Assembly (NCBI GenBank): GCA_032718475.1
Contig: JAUCBJ010009149.1
Coordinates: 62,001-126,000, forward strand
DNA: 64,000 nucleotides
Direction of reading: 5' to 3'
From: Nemertoderma westbladi
Taxonomy: Eukaryota; Animalia; Xenacoelomorpha
The notes under the pieces are model-generated. The model was not told the DNA's origin. It was given only the letters and a program-made list of their open reading frames with translations, and searched no databases. Positions 1 to 10,083 of this stretch are shown here, piece by piece. Within the stretch, counting starts at the first letter, position 1. The number at the start of each line of letters is the position of its first letter. A program made the position numbers and the translations under genes.

Positions 1-1
1 T

Positions 2-253
2 AGGTTATTGATAAACAATACCGGGTTTTATGTTGTCTTTGATAATGTGCAACTTCAAGTTATATATGAACCTGAAATTTTTAATAATTGCAAAATAAGA
101 ATAAATAATACCATAGTCATTTGCTGCTTTCATACCGGTAAATGTACTTTAATGTGTTCACCTAGCAAATTTCATATTTATTACCCTATATTTAGTAAAC
201 TTGTTAATTATTTATTAATGTTTGGTGTTGTGACTTTAGGTGTTGGTGATTAG
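2..253 (+). CDS. C-terminal part of a divergent TATA-binding-protein (TBP)-like protein, 5' truncated by window edge
   Basis: YEPEIF...IVICCFHTGKCTLM...YYPIF resembles the TBP repeat YEPELFPGL...VLLIFVSGKVVLTG...IYPIL; the frame is open from the window start. Confidence 0.55.
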   Translation, partial: RLLINNTGFYVVFDNVQLQVIYEPEIFNNCKIRINNTIVICCFHTGKCTLMCSPSKFHIYYPIFSKLVNYLLMFGVVTLGVGD

Positions 254-339
254 AAGGTGAAAATTAAACATTACTATTTTTCAATCAATCAATCGGTAGT
301 TAGGGAAAACTAACCTCGTTTGAATAAGTATGACTCTCA

Positions 340-470
340 CGGGCTGACTGCGTGCCTAGCTGCGTGGCTGGCTGGCTGACTGCATGACCGACCGCGAGGC
401 TGCTGCGTGCCGCGAGGTTGACTGCGAGGCTGGCCGCGAGGCTGGCTGCGAGGCTGGCAGCGATGCTGCT
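340..470. repeat. GC-rich low-complexity repeat (GCTGCGAGGCTG-like units)
   Basis: Repeated gcgaggctg/gctggctg motifs read directly. Confidence 0.6.
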
Positions 471-480
471 CTGACTGTGT

Positions 481-1595
481 GGTTGACCGCATCCCATGAC
501 TGTGTACACATCCGATTATATCCGGCTCACGATATTGTATACAATGACTTAGTTTGTTACTGCGGGTACTGTTACATTAATACTGTGGTACCGTACTGCG
601 GTACAATGCTAATCAAAAGAAATCAGCATGCTCTATCTGACTATACTGTTACAACAGCGACAGTACTGCAGTACTGTATTGTTTGAGTAGGTGATCTAAT
701 CCCTATATGCGAGAGCTACGCGTCCCTTCTAGGTTATGACAGCAGTATGCTAATCAAGGTTCAGGTAGACAGCAGTATCCATATAGTTGAAAAAAAAAAA
801 AAATGTTATTACATCAGATTACTGCTGTACTGATAAAGTGGTTGACAGTTGTGGATAGGAGCTGCGAGGTTGACCACATCCCCCGCAGTGTGGCTGACTG
901 CGTACACATCTGATTGTAACTAGCTCACGATATTGTATACATTGACCTAGTTTGTTACTGCAGGTACTGTCGTACCGGTACTGCTGTACGGTACAATGCT
1001 AATCAGTATGCTCTATCTGATTATGTTGTTACATCAAGAACAGCGACAGTACTGCAGTACTGTATTGTTTAGGTAGGGGATCTAATCCCTATATGTGAGA
1101 CCCCTGCATGTAATCTAGGTTATGACAGCAGTATGCTAATCAAGGTTCGGGTAGACAGCAGTATCCTTATAGGTGAAAAAAAACAAATGCTATTACATCA
1201 GATTACTGCTGTACTGATAAAGTGGATGACAGTTGTGGATAGGAGCTGCTAGGCTATCTGTGAGGTTGATCGCATCCCCGCAGCGTGGCTGACTGTGTAC
1301 ACATCTGATTGTAACTAGCTCACGATATTGTATACATTGGTTTAGTTTGTTACTGCAGGTACTGTCGTACCGGTACTGCAGTACGGTACAATGCTCTATC
1401 TGATTATGCTGTTACATCAAGAACAGCGACAGTACAGCAGTACTGTATTGTTTGGATAGGTGATCTAATCCCTATATGTGAGACCCCTGCATGCATCAGA
1501 TTACTGCTGTACCGATACCAGTAGACAACGACTACAGTGTTGGAAGAGTAAAACACTACCGGTACTGATAAAGTGGATGACCGTTGTAGATAGGC
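481..1595. repeat. About 390-bp tandem repeat, roughly 2.7 copies, palindrome-rich, inside the Polinton
   Basis: Units start at about 481, 868 and 1264 (ggttgaycrcatccc...gtacacatc); units 1 and 2 contain the perfect 16-bp palindrome cagtactgcagtactg (one mismatch in unit 3). Confidence 0.85.
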
Positions 1596-1954
1596 CTATA
1601 ATTTATCAGAACCGGTACCAACAGGTTATCATTACACTCTATACAGATTATGTTGCATTTTCTGACTAATATTACTAGTCAACTACTGTATGTGTTATTA
1701 GTTTGCGACGTAAAGGCTGTTTCGCAATACCAGTACATCTATATTAGAATGATATCGAGAATACTTACTGTACATGTTACGTCTACATCATATTGTTAAA
1801 GGTGTATGGTTAACCTACCGCGATTGACTCTTTTTTAGAGAACTTGTTGTAAAAAAAAAATTATATTTTATTATATTTTTATATTAACATCAAGATCATC
1901 ACCAAAATAAAATTATATTATCCCATCACATTACATTACATGCTTAGAGTAAAC

Positions 1955-2554
1955 CTACAGTACATCTTCCACCGCAGTTACTTCTTTCTGTTTATCATCG
2001 ACATCAGTCGCAGTTAAACGCTTTCTCATGAAAAAGTGCAGAGCCTCAAATCCGCCAACACGTTTTGCTGAGCAGTATCGCAGACAGTTATCCTTTGTGT
2101 TTAAGTGAAACGCGCATTTACTTTCCGCTGTAGTAAATCGGTCGTGAAATCGGCAAGGAGTTAAATAATCGTGATATTGCTTATATATTCCCAATTTCTC
2201 CACCAAATTTGGCTTGAGAACATCGAGTTGGGAAACTAATATTACCAGCTTCAGCAACACAAATACATGAATATTTTTTTTATATTTTAAATGTCTCTTC
2301 ATATATTTTATAAAGTCATCTTGAGAAATGTCTCCGTAGTCCCAGGGCAAGTGAGAAGTCATATCACGTAAATTGTTTACGTGAGCCACATCTAAAGCTG
2401 ATAATTTAATATTAGGTGGGCCTTTAATTAAAAACGTCTTTACATTAGTTTTGGTGTAATTAGAATCGTATATTGCAAATTCTTTAAATACTACCGGATA
2501 CTCCTTATTATCTATCTTATAGTATTGAAAATCAACAAAAATAATATTATCCAT
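1955..2554 (-). CDS. Polinton RNase H-fold/DEDD-like protein with Maelstrom-like E-C-H-C residues
   Basis: N-terminal IFVDFQ...VFKEFAI and C-terminal CAFH-x9-CS..RV pattern. Confidence 0.5.
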   Translation of the reverse strand: MDNIIFVDFQYYKIDNKEYPVVFKEFAIYDSNYTKTNVKTFLIKGPPNIKLSALDVAHVNNLRDMTSHLPWDYGDISQDDFIKYMKRHLKYKKNIHVFVLLKLVILVSQLDVLKPNLVEKLGIYKQYHDYLTPCRFHDRFTTAESKCAFHLNTKDNCLRYCSAKRVGGFEALHFFMRKRLTATDVDDKQKEVTAVEDVL

Positions 2555-2589
2555 TTTATCTGATAAACAAAAGCAAGCTAAATGATTAA

Positions 2590-3042
2590 TTACAAAGTTT
2601 GTTGGTTTAATTTATAATAATTAACAAGCCATTTATATAATATAATTTCATTGATTTCCACATTATTTGTAAACGCGCTCATTGGATAGATTGTGTGAAT
2701 ACGATTTACTAAGTAATAGAGACAGTACAGGCCGCATGTGGTCCGTCTAGGGTCTTGAAATTGTTTGCGTGTAGTACGCCACCTTGCGGAATTTTTCTTA
2801 AGCCATTTTTCGATGCATCTGTTTGGATATTTTGGTCCAAACGAGTCAAATACTTCAGCCTCATTATCTCGTATATATATAGCGATCCAATGAATCCCAG
2901 GCAGATGCTGTTTATCAGTATTTACTATCAAGCCATAATCCCGCCGCTTATTATTATCTAATTTAGGTAATTTATTAGCCGGAAACGCGCCCAAATAGTG
3001 ACCACCCACTGGAAACATATCAAGGTCCTCTGTAGATAACAT
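2590..3042 (-). CDS. Adenain-like cysteine protease (virion maturation)
   Basis: NTD...GIHWIAI...FDSFG...Q...TCGLYC catalytic His/Asp/Gln/Cys motifs. Confidence 0.92.
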   Translation of the reverse strand: MLSTEDLDMFPVGGHYLGAFPANKLPKLDNNKRRDYGLIVNTDKQHLPGIHWIAIYIRDNEAEVFDSFGPKYPNRCIEKWLKKNSARWRTTRKQFQDPRRTTCGLYCLYYLVNRIHTIYPMSAFTNNVEINEIILYKWLVNYYKLNQQTL

Positions 3043-3044
3043 AC

Positions 3045-4304
3045 TTAATCGATATGTATTTCTTTCCTGCTATTTAAACTTAATGATTGATCATAAATAT
3101 TAAAAACGATTACATTTATGGTTTCAACCAACGGTTCAGCAAATCTTAATTTTAATTGACCGTTAGTATATATCGACGGTTGCGGATCTCTAACGTAGCC
3201 GTCGGCGGTTAGGTCCCAGGATAGGATGGGACAATTACCTAAGTAGGTTTCATGGTCTATATTATTACCCCCATAACCGTTAATATATGTATTAATGTTC
3301 TTCATTAATTGAGTATACTCAAAAATATATGTTCCATCTGTAAAATTAGGTTCGTATATTACACCCCCTACTGGAAGACCGTCTACAATCAGTTCCGCGC
3401 GTCTAAGGTTAAAATGTTCAAATTTCAAGGGATTGCTAATTAATTCTCCCGAATAAGCGTTATTTGTTATGAAGCCAATAATAACTAATTTGGGTTTTTT
3501 ACCATCAAATATGTTTGTTTGAGTGTAATTTGTGGTTTGAGCTGGAATAGTAAATGTAGTCACCTCTTTCTTTTGAAATTGATATTCAATATCGTAGCTC
3601 TCTAAACCTTTTAGGTGACTGCTTTCTATTACCGGATTAACCTCCATTCTAGGGATTAGAATTTTTATTTCATCTAATTCTAGTCGAAGATTTGTCACGG
3701 CGTTTGCGTTTGGAGTGATTTTAAAAATAAACGAATTTGATACTTTTCTAAAATGCATTCTTAAATCATACCCAGGTTGTATTATTTTAGTTTCAGTATC
3801 AAAATCAATCGTCAATCCACTTACAAATTGCATTTGTTTACTAAAGGCATCGCCAATAGGATGCGCGCCGGGATCAATTTCATTTCCGTGTTCAGATAAA
3901 GGTTGATGAAAGCCGCCCGCCCCCAGTAACCCATTTTTATCCTCGTAAGTTGTAAATAATAAATTGGATAAGTACGACTTGTAGAAATAATGGTTATTGC
4001 TATATTCAACCTGCTTCTCATTAAGGTCTATTTTAATATCACTCCACATAGTTTCAGCTGGGTAATTCAGCATATAAATATGGGAGTTTTCAAGTCGTCT
4101 ATCCCAGCGTACTGTACATTTTGTAATTAATAACGCGTCTTGCAGTTTCGTATAGAATTCATTGGATCTGGGTACAAGGAAGGTGACCTCCCTAGATTCA
4201 TTTCTGAGATTAGATACAGGGTAAATTGTTTCATAATGTTTTGCTTTAAATTCAGTCTGTATTGGCTGTGTAGAAAATAAATCTAATTCCTTAATAATTG
4301 ACAT
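3045..4304 (-). CDS. Major capsid protein (double jelly-roll, hexon-like)
   Basis: 419 aa; ELDLF..PIQT start, PKLVIIGF, NPLKFEHFNL, DLTAD and G.L.LRFAEPL motifs typical of Polinton MCPs; next to the protease. Confidence 0.85.
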   Translation of the reverse strand: MSIIKELDLFSTQPIQTEFKAKHYETIYPVSNLRNESREVTFLVPRSNEFYTKLQDALLITKCTVRWDRRLENSHIYMLNYPAETMWSDIKIDLNEKQVEYSNNHYFYKSYLSNLLFTTYEDKNGLLGAGGFHQPLSEHGNEIDPGAHPIGDAFSKQMQFVSGLTIDFDTETKIIQPGYDLRMHFRKVSNSFIFKITPNANAVTNLRLELDEIKILIPRMEVNPVIESSHLKGLESYDIEYQFQKKEVTTFTIPAQTTNYTQTNIFDGKKPKLVIIGFITNNAYSGELISNPLKFEHFNLRRAELIVDGLPVGGVIYEPNFTDGTYIFEYTQLMKNINTYINGYGGNNIDHETYLGNCPILSWDLTADGYVRDPQPSIYTNGQLKLRFAEPLVETINVIVFNIYDQSLSLNSRKEIHID

Positions 4305-4306
4305 TA

Positions 4307-4870
4307 TTAAAAAATACTTTTTTCGCAGTGTTTCAGTTTACCTTTTATATTTCTCTTTTTACTACGTCGATGAGGTATGTTCATAGACATTGGCTGTCTA
4401 GCGGGTCGCTTTAAATCTCTATAAACTTTTTCTACAACCGACCTTGTTGACGGTTTCATTTTATTTAATGCTTTATTAATAACCGTATTAGCTTGCTGAT
4501 GTAAGACCCGCTTACCTTTTGGTATTACGTGTTGTCTCATAAATTTTGTGGTAAATGGTAAAGCTTTCTGTAAAACTTTTTTAGCTAATGGCTTACCAAA
4601 TTTTTTCAATGTAGATAAAGCGTCTGTAAATATACCTTCTCCGTGTTGATTTGCTCGCATACCTCTACGATAACGCTGAAAACGACGTTGTTTTAAGTTT
4701 GGACCAAATGTGCCAATTTGTTGACCGTAAGGGTCAATATATGAACCACCTCGAAAAACGGGAACTTGCGTCGAACCTCTGGTACTTCTTCCCCCTTTAA
4801 AAACAGCAAGATTAGAGTCTGATCCCCCATATTGTGGTTTACTGTATCTTTGAAATAAATCGGAATCCAT
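4307..4870 (-). CDS. Basic core protein with protease sites and amphipathic helix (pVII/cupiennin-like)
   Basis: QYGG and QHGEG-IF motifs followed by a K-rich amphipathic helix (IFTDALSTLKKFGKPLAKKVL); lies between penton and MCP. Confidence 0.7.
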   Translation of the reverse strand: MDSDLFQRYSKPQYGGSDSNLAVFKGGRSTRGSTQVPVFRGGSYIDPYGQQIGTFGPNLKQRRFQRYRRGMRANQHGEGIFTDALSTLKKFGKPLAKKVLQKALPFTTKFMRQHVIPKGKRVLHQQANTVINKALNKMKPSTRSVVEKVYRDLKRPARQPMSMNIPHRRSKKRNIKGKLKHCEKSIF

Positions 4871-4871
4871 T

Positions 4872-5726
4872 TTAATTTATACGTTTAAAGTGTAAGGTAA
4901 TACAAGTTGTCCCGTATTCAAAATTCAAATCTTTTCCTTCTTTGTCTGTTATTTCAATATGAATGTATGTTATCTTATATGATTTTTTTACAGAGATATA
5001 ATGAATTGTATCCTTGGCAAATTCTTTATTTATTACGCTACCATATTTCACATCATCAGGTATCGCAACACGACGAAGTAAAGCTAAACCAAAGTCGTTA
5101 ATATATTGATTTTCAATTATATTAGTAGTCACGTACATGTTCGATTTAGGTTCTGGAATAGAGTTGGGCGGTTGAGGGCATAAAAATACCATCTGGTAAG
5201 CTTTTTCTCCATTTCCGATAACCTTTATTAAATAACCCTTTATATTATTTTTCGTCTTCAAAATAATTTTAAAATTTGGATTTAAATTCGCGCCGAGATT
5301 ATTTTCAGTAATTCCAAAATAATAGGCTAATTGTTGACCTATAAATAACTCTCGCACAGTTTTCCCTAAAATAAATTGCAATCTATTTTGCTGAGTATTT
5401 TCAACTATTTGTAATTTATCTTTCAATGTCCCCGTGTTAAAATAATCTATAATGTCGTTGATACTGTAGAATAAACCAGATGGAAGTGTATCCTCAAAAA
5501 TTTTTTTCCCTTTTTTTAATAAAATAACATTCTCTACATTGTTATACATGGACGGTAACGTTGCTAAGTAAAATATACTTTTTATACCTACCACCCAGTT
5601 TTCGTTTGGGTTTATAGGTAAGGCGCCGTGGAAATTTATCTGATAATTACTAGCGCTATTGCGGGGAAAATCAATTGGGCAGGAGTTACTCGGCAGCCTT
5701 ACGTAGAATTCATCCATCGCCACCAC
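4872..5726 (-). CDS. Minor capsid protein (penton-like), paralogue 2
   Basis: FYVRLPSNS...FPRNSASNY start, MYVTTNIIE..I.D....LLRRV and LHFKR end motifs. Confidence 0.8.
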   Translation of the reverse strand: MVAMDEFYVRLPSNSCPIDFPRNSASNYQINFHGALPINPNENWVVGIKSIFYLATLPSMYNNVENVILLKKGKKIFEDTLPSGLFYSINDIIDYFNTGTLKDKLQIVENTQQNRLQFILGKTVRELFIGQQLAYYFGITENNLGANLNPNFKIILKTKNNIKGYLIKVIGNGEKAYQMVFLCPQPPNSIPEPKSNMYVTTNIIENQYINDFGLALLRRVAIPDDVKYGSVINKEFAKDTIHYISVKKSYKITYIHIEITDKEGKDLNFEYGTTCITLHFKRIN

Positions 5727-6582
5727 CCCGTATTAACTTAAGTGTTATAACAGTACGACCTCCGCTGAAGTTAATTAGTTGCCCCTGTCCGTCGCGTAAA
5801 GTAATTAATATTGTTTTTAGTTTTTTATTCAACAACGGGAAATAGCAAATGCTCTCGTATTCGTGATTAATATATTTTCGATTTAATTGCGTTAAAGGGC
5901 AGGTTCTTAAGAGCGGTGCTAAAGCGTCGCCAACAAATGAGCTCTCAATAATATCTGTATATATAAAGATAGTGTCTTTATTACGTGTTATATTTGTGGG
6001 AGCTGGAAAATCTAAAATGCCAATTTCCGAAATTTTTGGTCCACTATAATTTAAAATTAATATCGGCTGTTCTATATTGCTTAATTCATCTACTGTAGTG
6101 GTACTGTATATATCCCAATTCGGAATATCCGGATGATTCCGATCCAATAACGGATTTAAGCCTAGAATTTGTATTAAATCACCACGTAGACTTAATTGTA
6201 TTTTTTTCAACTTTTTAGGAAATTTAAATTTAATTCTAGAATTATTTGTATTAAAAATGAATTCGAAATCTCTATATTTCGCTTCAGAATTAAACAGTTT
6301 ATTTATATCATCAATAATCACTTGAATAGAGTTATGCATACCAGGAAATAAACTATATAATTTGGCATCTTTTGCATCGACGCCGATTGACAGCGAGATT
6401 TGAGTTTGCAGCGTAATATTACTATATGTTGCTTGATATTGAAGTTCGGCAAGTCCAACTTTGGCATTTGAACCAATATATAATTCTTCAGCTAAATCAA
6501 CAGTAAACTCACTAGGATTATTATTGGGATAAATGTTCAATGAGCTATCTGACAGTAGAGTGATATATGTATCTGTGGCCAT
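5710..6582 (-). CDS. Minor capsid protein (penton-like), paralogue 1
   Basis: YITLLSDSS..YPNN.PS.FTV start, IFIYTDIIE..FVGD..APLLR motifs. Confidence 0.82.
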   Translation of the reverse strand: MATDTYITLLSDSSLNIYPNNNPSEFTVDLAEELYIGSNAKVGLAELQYQATYSNITLQTQISLSIGVDAKDAKLYSLFPGMHNSIQVIIDDINKLFNSEAKYRDFEFIFNTNNSRIKFKFPKKLKKIQLSLRGDLIQILGLNPLLDRNHPDIPNWDIYSTTTVDELSNIEQPILILNYSGPKISEIGILDFPAPTNITRNKDTIFIYTDIIESSFVGDALAPLLRTCPLTQLNRKYINHEYESICYFPLLNKKLKTILITLRDGQGQLINFSGGRTVITLKLIRGGGDG

Positions 6583-6824
6583 TATTTAAGCTTGCTCTCT
6601 CTACTTGACTCTTTTGTACATACAGTACAGTATAATGTTAAATTATAGACATCTGTGACCACGTTCATCGCTGCATCTTCTACAGTATATGTGAGGGATC
6701 AATATTTTACTGGCTTTATTTAAAGCGGATGAACTATATAGTATAGTAATATCATTCGAGTTAATATTGATTAATTACGGTCATATGCGACCAAAATGAA
6801 TTAATATACAGTATAAACCTAAGC

Positions 6825-7931
6825 TTATTTAATATGCTGTACCCAGGACTGTTTCTTGGATCCGATGAATCGGACTAAATATTCTTTCTTCCCATTGCGT
6901 ACACGTTCTTTAAGTTTGCCAATATTTTTTTTGTCAATTGCTAGATAAATATTACTATTCGGGTGAACCTTTTGGAGTTCGTGAGAATAAAATGAGCCCT
7001 TTATTATAGCTCCGGTGCTGTCCTTAATATCGAACATTACCGCTGGTACTCTATCCAACCTGACTCGATGAATAATAAATAATTCACGTGTCCATTGTTC
7101 TCGATAGCCTTTAGCAAAAGCGGTACGGGCGATAGATAATCGTACTGTATCTCCAACTTTAAATTTTATTTTCTTGTGATTTATCTGTCTATATTTCCCA
7201 TATAATCTATTCATTAATTCAGTTTCATTAAATTTATTAACTTCAATGGGAGTCATTTTTATTGTCCTATGATACGACCTATTATAAGCCGAGATAAGCT
7301 TAGGTAAAATTTTTATCCAGATATTATTTCCCCTCTGGGTGAAAATTTTGAACATCTTTGTTTTTAATGTGCGATTGAATCTCTCAACAATAGCCGCCTT
7401 ATTCACAGAGTACATTACGTAATACTGTATACCTAACGTATCTAAATATTTCCTTACAGATTTATTTAGAAACTCAGAACCTTGATCAGTGGCGATTCTG
7501 TTTGGTTTTCCTTTCTGGAATATTTTTTGCAATATACTAATAATTTCATCACCCTTTTTTGTTTTCATGGCATAGCCAAAAGCAAGCCGACTGAAGGCAT
7601 CAATGCATGTTAATATATAGTTATAATTATTATTTTGCGACTTATATTGCTGCATATCCACCAGATCTATCATATATATATCTTTTATGCCTCCCGTAAA
7701 TATTTTAGATGTTGGATAATGTTGTCTACGTGGAGCGTGAAGGGTGTATGTCTTTTGTCCGCTCAACCATTTCTGGGCTTGCATCGGTTTGATGTTTGCA
7801 GCTTTTGCTAATTTTGCAACACTTGCAAATCCCGCGGGGGATGAAGGATCTAAATAAATTCTTAACAGTTTTTTGTCTAAGCTTCGGCTTAAAATCGGTT
7901 TCATCTTGCGAGGCATCTTTTCGACAACCAC
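6825..7931 (-). CDS. Polinton retroviral-like DDE integrase with C-terminal chromo-like segment (ATG start likely 7916)
   Basis: YTLH, IDLVD, TDQGSEF and VERFNRTLK motifs; C-terminal KEYLVRFIG...SWV. Confidence 0.95.
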   Translation of the reverse strand: MVVEKMPRKMKPILSRSLDKKLLRIYLDPSSPAGFASVAKLAKAANIKPMQAQKWLSGQKTYTLHAPRRQHYPTSKIFTGGIKDIYMIDLVDMQQYKSQNNNYNYILTCIDAFSRLAFGYAMKTKKGDEIISILQKIFQKGKPNRIATDQGSEFLNKSVRKYLDTLGIQYYVMYSVNKAAIVERFNRTLKTKMFKIFTQRGNNIWIKILPKLISAYNRSYHRTIKMTPIEVNKFNETELMNRLYGKYRQINHKKIKFKVGDTVRLSIARTAFAKGYREQWTRELFIIHRVRLDRVPAVMFDIKDSTGAIIKGSFYSHELQKVHPNSNIYLAIDKKNIGKLKERVRNGKKEYLVRFIGSKKQSWVQHIK

Positions 7932-7967
7932 AAGTAATATGTATATTCAAATCTCTTATAAAGGGCA

Positions 7968-8138
7968 TCACCGTAAGAACAATTGAAATTTTTTAATTAT
8001 TTTCTTCGAAGTTGATGTTTTGATGGGTTTTCTTTTTGTAGTATTTACTCTAGGTATATCTTGTGGTTTTAAATCAGTAGCTAACGGTTTACTCGATACT
8101 AAATATAATTTTCTAAATGTTACTCCCGTTTTAACCAT
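7968..8138 (-). CDS. Small basic Polinton protein (56 aa)
   Basis: Translated by hand: MVKTGVTFRKLYLVSSKP...KKFQLFLR*; fills the gap between flanking ORFs and has the same TAATAATG start context. Confidence 0.4.
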   Translation of the reverse strand: MVKTGVTFRKLYLVSSKPLATDLKPQDIPRVNTTKRKPIKTSTSKKIIKKFQLFLR

Positions 8139-8144
8139 TATTAC

Positions 8145-8528
8145 CTACCGTCCACGGTTAATTTTTTTTGCAATAGCAGCCCCAGCGGCAGCGGCCCCGG
8201 CACTCGCGGCTAGTTTCGCACCAATGCCGAGTAAGGGTATTAGAAACGGTAGTATGCCACCAGATTGATTGCTTAACTTTTTTCTGTAACTTGATATATT
8301 TTTTGTCTTACGGTTGAGTGATTTCAATACCTTCTTATAGCGGCGAATATTTCTAAATGAATGAGGGGTCAATTGTACGTTACCTTTTAGAACATTTAAT
8401 GCAGTATTTACAATGAGCCGTATTAATTCGTTACTGGCGGTATGGTTAATAAAATAAGTTCTTTGTTGAGGGGTAGCACTGCGTAGAAATTCCAGCTCGT
8501 TACGATATTTCTGCACAAGTCTATTCAT
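8145..8528 (-). CDS. pX/pVI-like virion protein with QSGG cleavage site and hydrophobic tail
   Basis: LNVLKGNV...KKLSNQSGG-ILPFLIPLLG pattern; located next to the ATPase. Confidence 0.7.
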   Translation of the reverse strand: MNRLVQKYRNELEFLRSATPQQRTYFINHTASNELIRLIVNTALNVLKGNVQLTPHSFRNIRRYKKVLKSLNRKTKNISSYRKKLSNQSGGILPFLIPLLGIGAKLAASAGAAAAGAAIAKKINRGR

Positions 8529-8568
8529 TGTTGCAACATTATTGAAAATTGTTACAAAATATTAATTA

Positions 8569-9243
8569 TTAATTATTATTATTATTATTTTCGCTACGTT
8601 TATAGTCAGTGTAATTTTTAATGTAACAATTATGATTACGAAATATATCAGATCTAAATCTTAAATGTTCTGGTGTTTCCTGTCGTAAATCAATTAAGAA
8701 ATGTGAAAATGGTTCAATTGTTGCATCTTGATAGGAATCAACTAAAAATTTGGTCTGCCCTGGTAACATCTGCTTCGCGAAATTTAAAACCGATAGACTG
8801 TCTCTCGGATTTTTCATTAATACTAAAGTATGGCTATTAATTGATCTTGTGCGGTTATGCTTCCCACCGTAAAACATGTTTTGCGTTATAAAACAAATAA
8901 ATATATTGGAATGATGAGCTACCTTAGTAAACAATACAGTTAATGCTGTACTGGACTCAGTTTCTGTTAACAAATCATCTATAATTAATAAATCTCGACT
9001 ATTGACTAATCTATCTATATTTTCAGGCAAACCTTTGTAAAGGTGAGTAATACCAGGAATAGTCGGGGGATTGCTCCCGTAACAATACAATACTCGCAAA
9101 GGAGCTTCGTTGAAGCAGCCATTCTTGTGTTTAATTAAATTCCCCACAAAGGTTGACTTTCCGGAGCCAGATGGCCCTGAAATTATCATACTCGTTCCCA
9201 TTTGAAAGTTTAAATTATATGGGCCTGAATTAAAGTCAGCCAT
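8569..9243 (-). CDS. FtsK/A32-like genome packaging ATPase
   Basis: Walker A GPSGSGKS, Walker B LLIIDD, HH.NI..FITQN, KNPRD and LIDL.Q.T motifs. Confidence 0.93.
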   Translation of the reverse strand: MADFNSGPYNLNFQMGTSMIISGPSGSGKSTFVGNLIKHKNGCFNEAPLRVLYCYGSNPPTIPGITHLYKGLPENIDRLVNSRDLLIIDDLLTETESSTALTVLFTKVAHHSNIFICFITQNMFYGGKHNRTRSINSHTLVLMKNPRDSLSVLNFAKQMLPGQTKFLVDSYQDATIEPFSHFLIDLRQETPEHLRFRSDIFRNHNCYIKNYTDYKRSENNNNNN

Positions 9244-9462
9244 TTATTATTATTATTAAGATATATCAACAATACAATATAATATAATATCAATATCAAT
9301 ATCAATAAACCAACACCATTACTATGTATATAACAATAATTGATGCAACTACAATAATATTAGAGTACTGTATATTTAATTAACATATAACACAACTACA
9401 GTATGCGACGCTCGCTGCAGCAAAAGGTGCTATTTCCAATTATAGTATAGACAGATGTAATT

Positions 9463-9915
9463 TCAAGCATGGTGAGCATCTTTATACGCGAAATAATGAT
9501 AGGTAACATCGGCGGTTTGGAAATCACTTCCTGAGAATTTCGCGCTTATGATTTTTTTATGTTCGCTGCTAAAAAAATAAGGAATATAGTAGCAACAGCG
9601 TCGAACTACGTTTCTATAAAAAATATTCGCCAATATTGTAAATAAATCTCCGGGATCATTACTTTTCGCAGAAATATAAGTTATATTGCGAAGCTCTTTC
9701 CAATAAAAGGGTTGGTATCTTACCAACTTTATATTAAACTTAGATATGGGTGCGCGACAAATAGGACAAATTTTAGAACAATAATTATTCATTTCGGAAT
9801 ATTGCACAATACATTGTACGCAAGTTGCATGTTTATTTTCACATTTATAATAATCTCGATGTTGTTGCAATAACTTAGAATAGCAAACTGGGCATTTTTC
9901 ATTTAAAATATCCAT
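9463..9915 (-). CDS. RING-finger protein (putative E3 ligase)
   Basis: CPVC...CENKHATCVQC...CPICR C3HC4-type spacing. Confidence 0.75.
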   Translation of the reverse strand: MDILNEKCPVCYSKLLQQHRDYYKCENKHATCVQCIVQYSEMNNYCSKICPICRAPISKFNIKLVRYQPFYWKELRNITYISAKSNDPGDLFTILANIFYRNVVRRCCYYIPYFFSSEHKKIISAKFSGSDFQTADVTYHYFAYKDAHHA

Positions 9916-10083
9916 TTTCCAAATTTTAAAGTAAATTGAAAATAATTACCGCAATACACAACAACAACAACAACAAACAAAACAGTTATACTGTATATAC
10001 AAATACTACTACAATTTTCGATTATTTAAAAATAGTAAAATTTTATATATAATCATAAAATATTTATAATATAGAGGGAAAAG

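Noticed and set aside
300-686. Short ORFs over the GC-rich repeat, and the many short antisense ORFs across TE genes
   Set aside because: Low-complexity or shadow frames without recognisable motifs.
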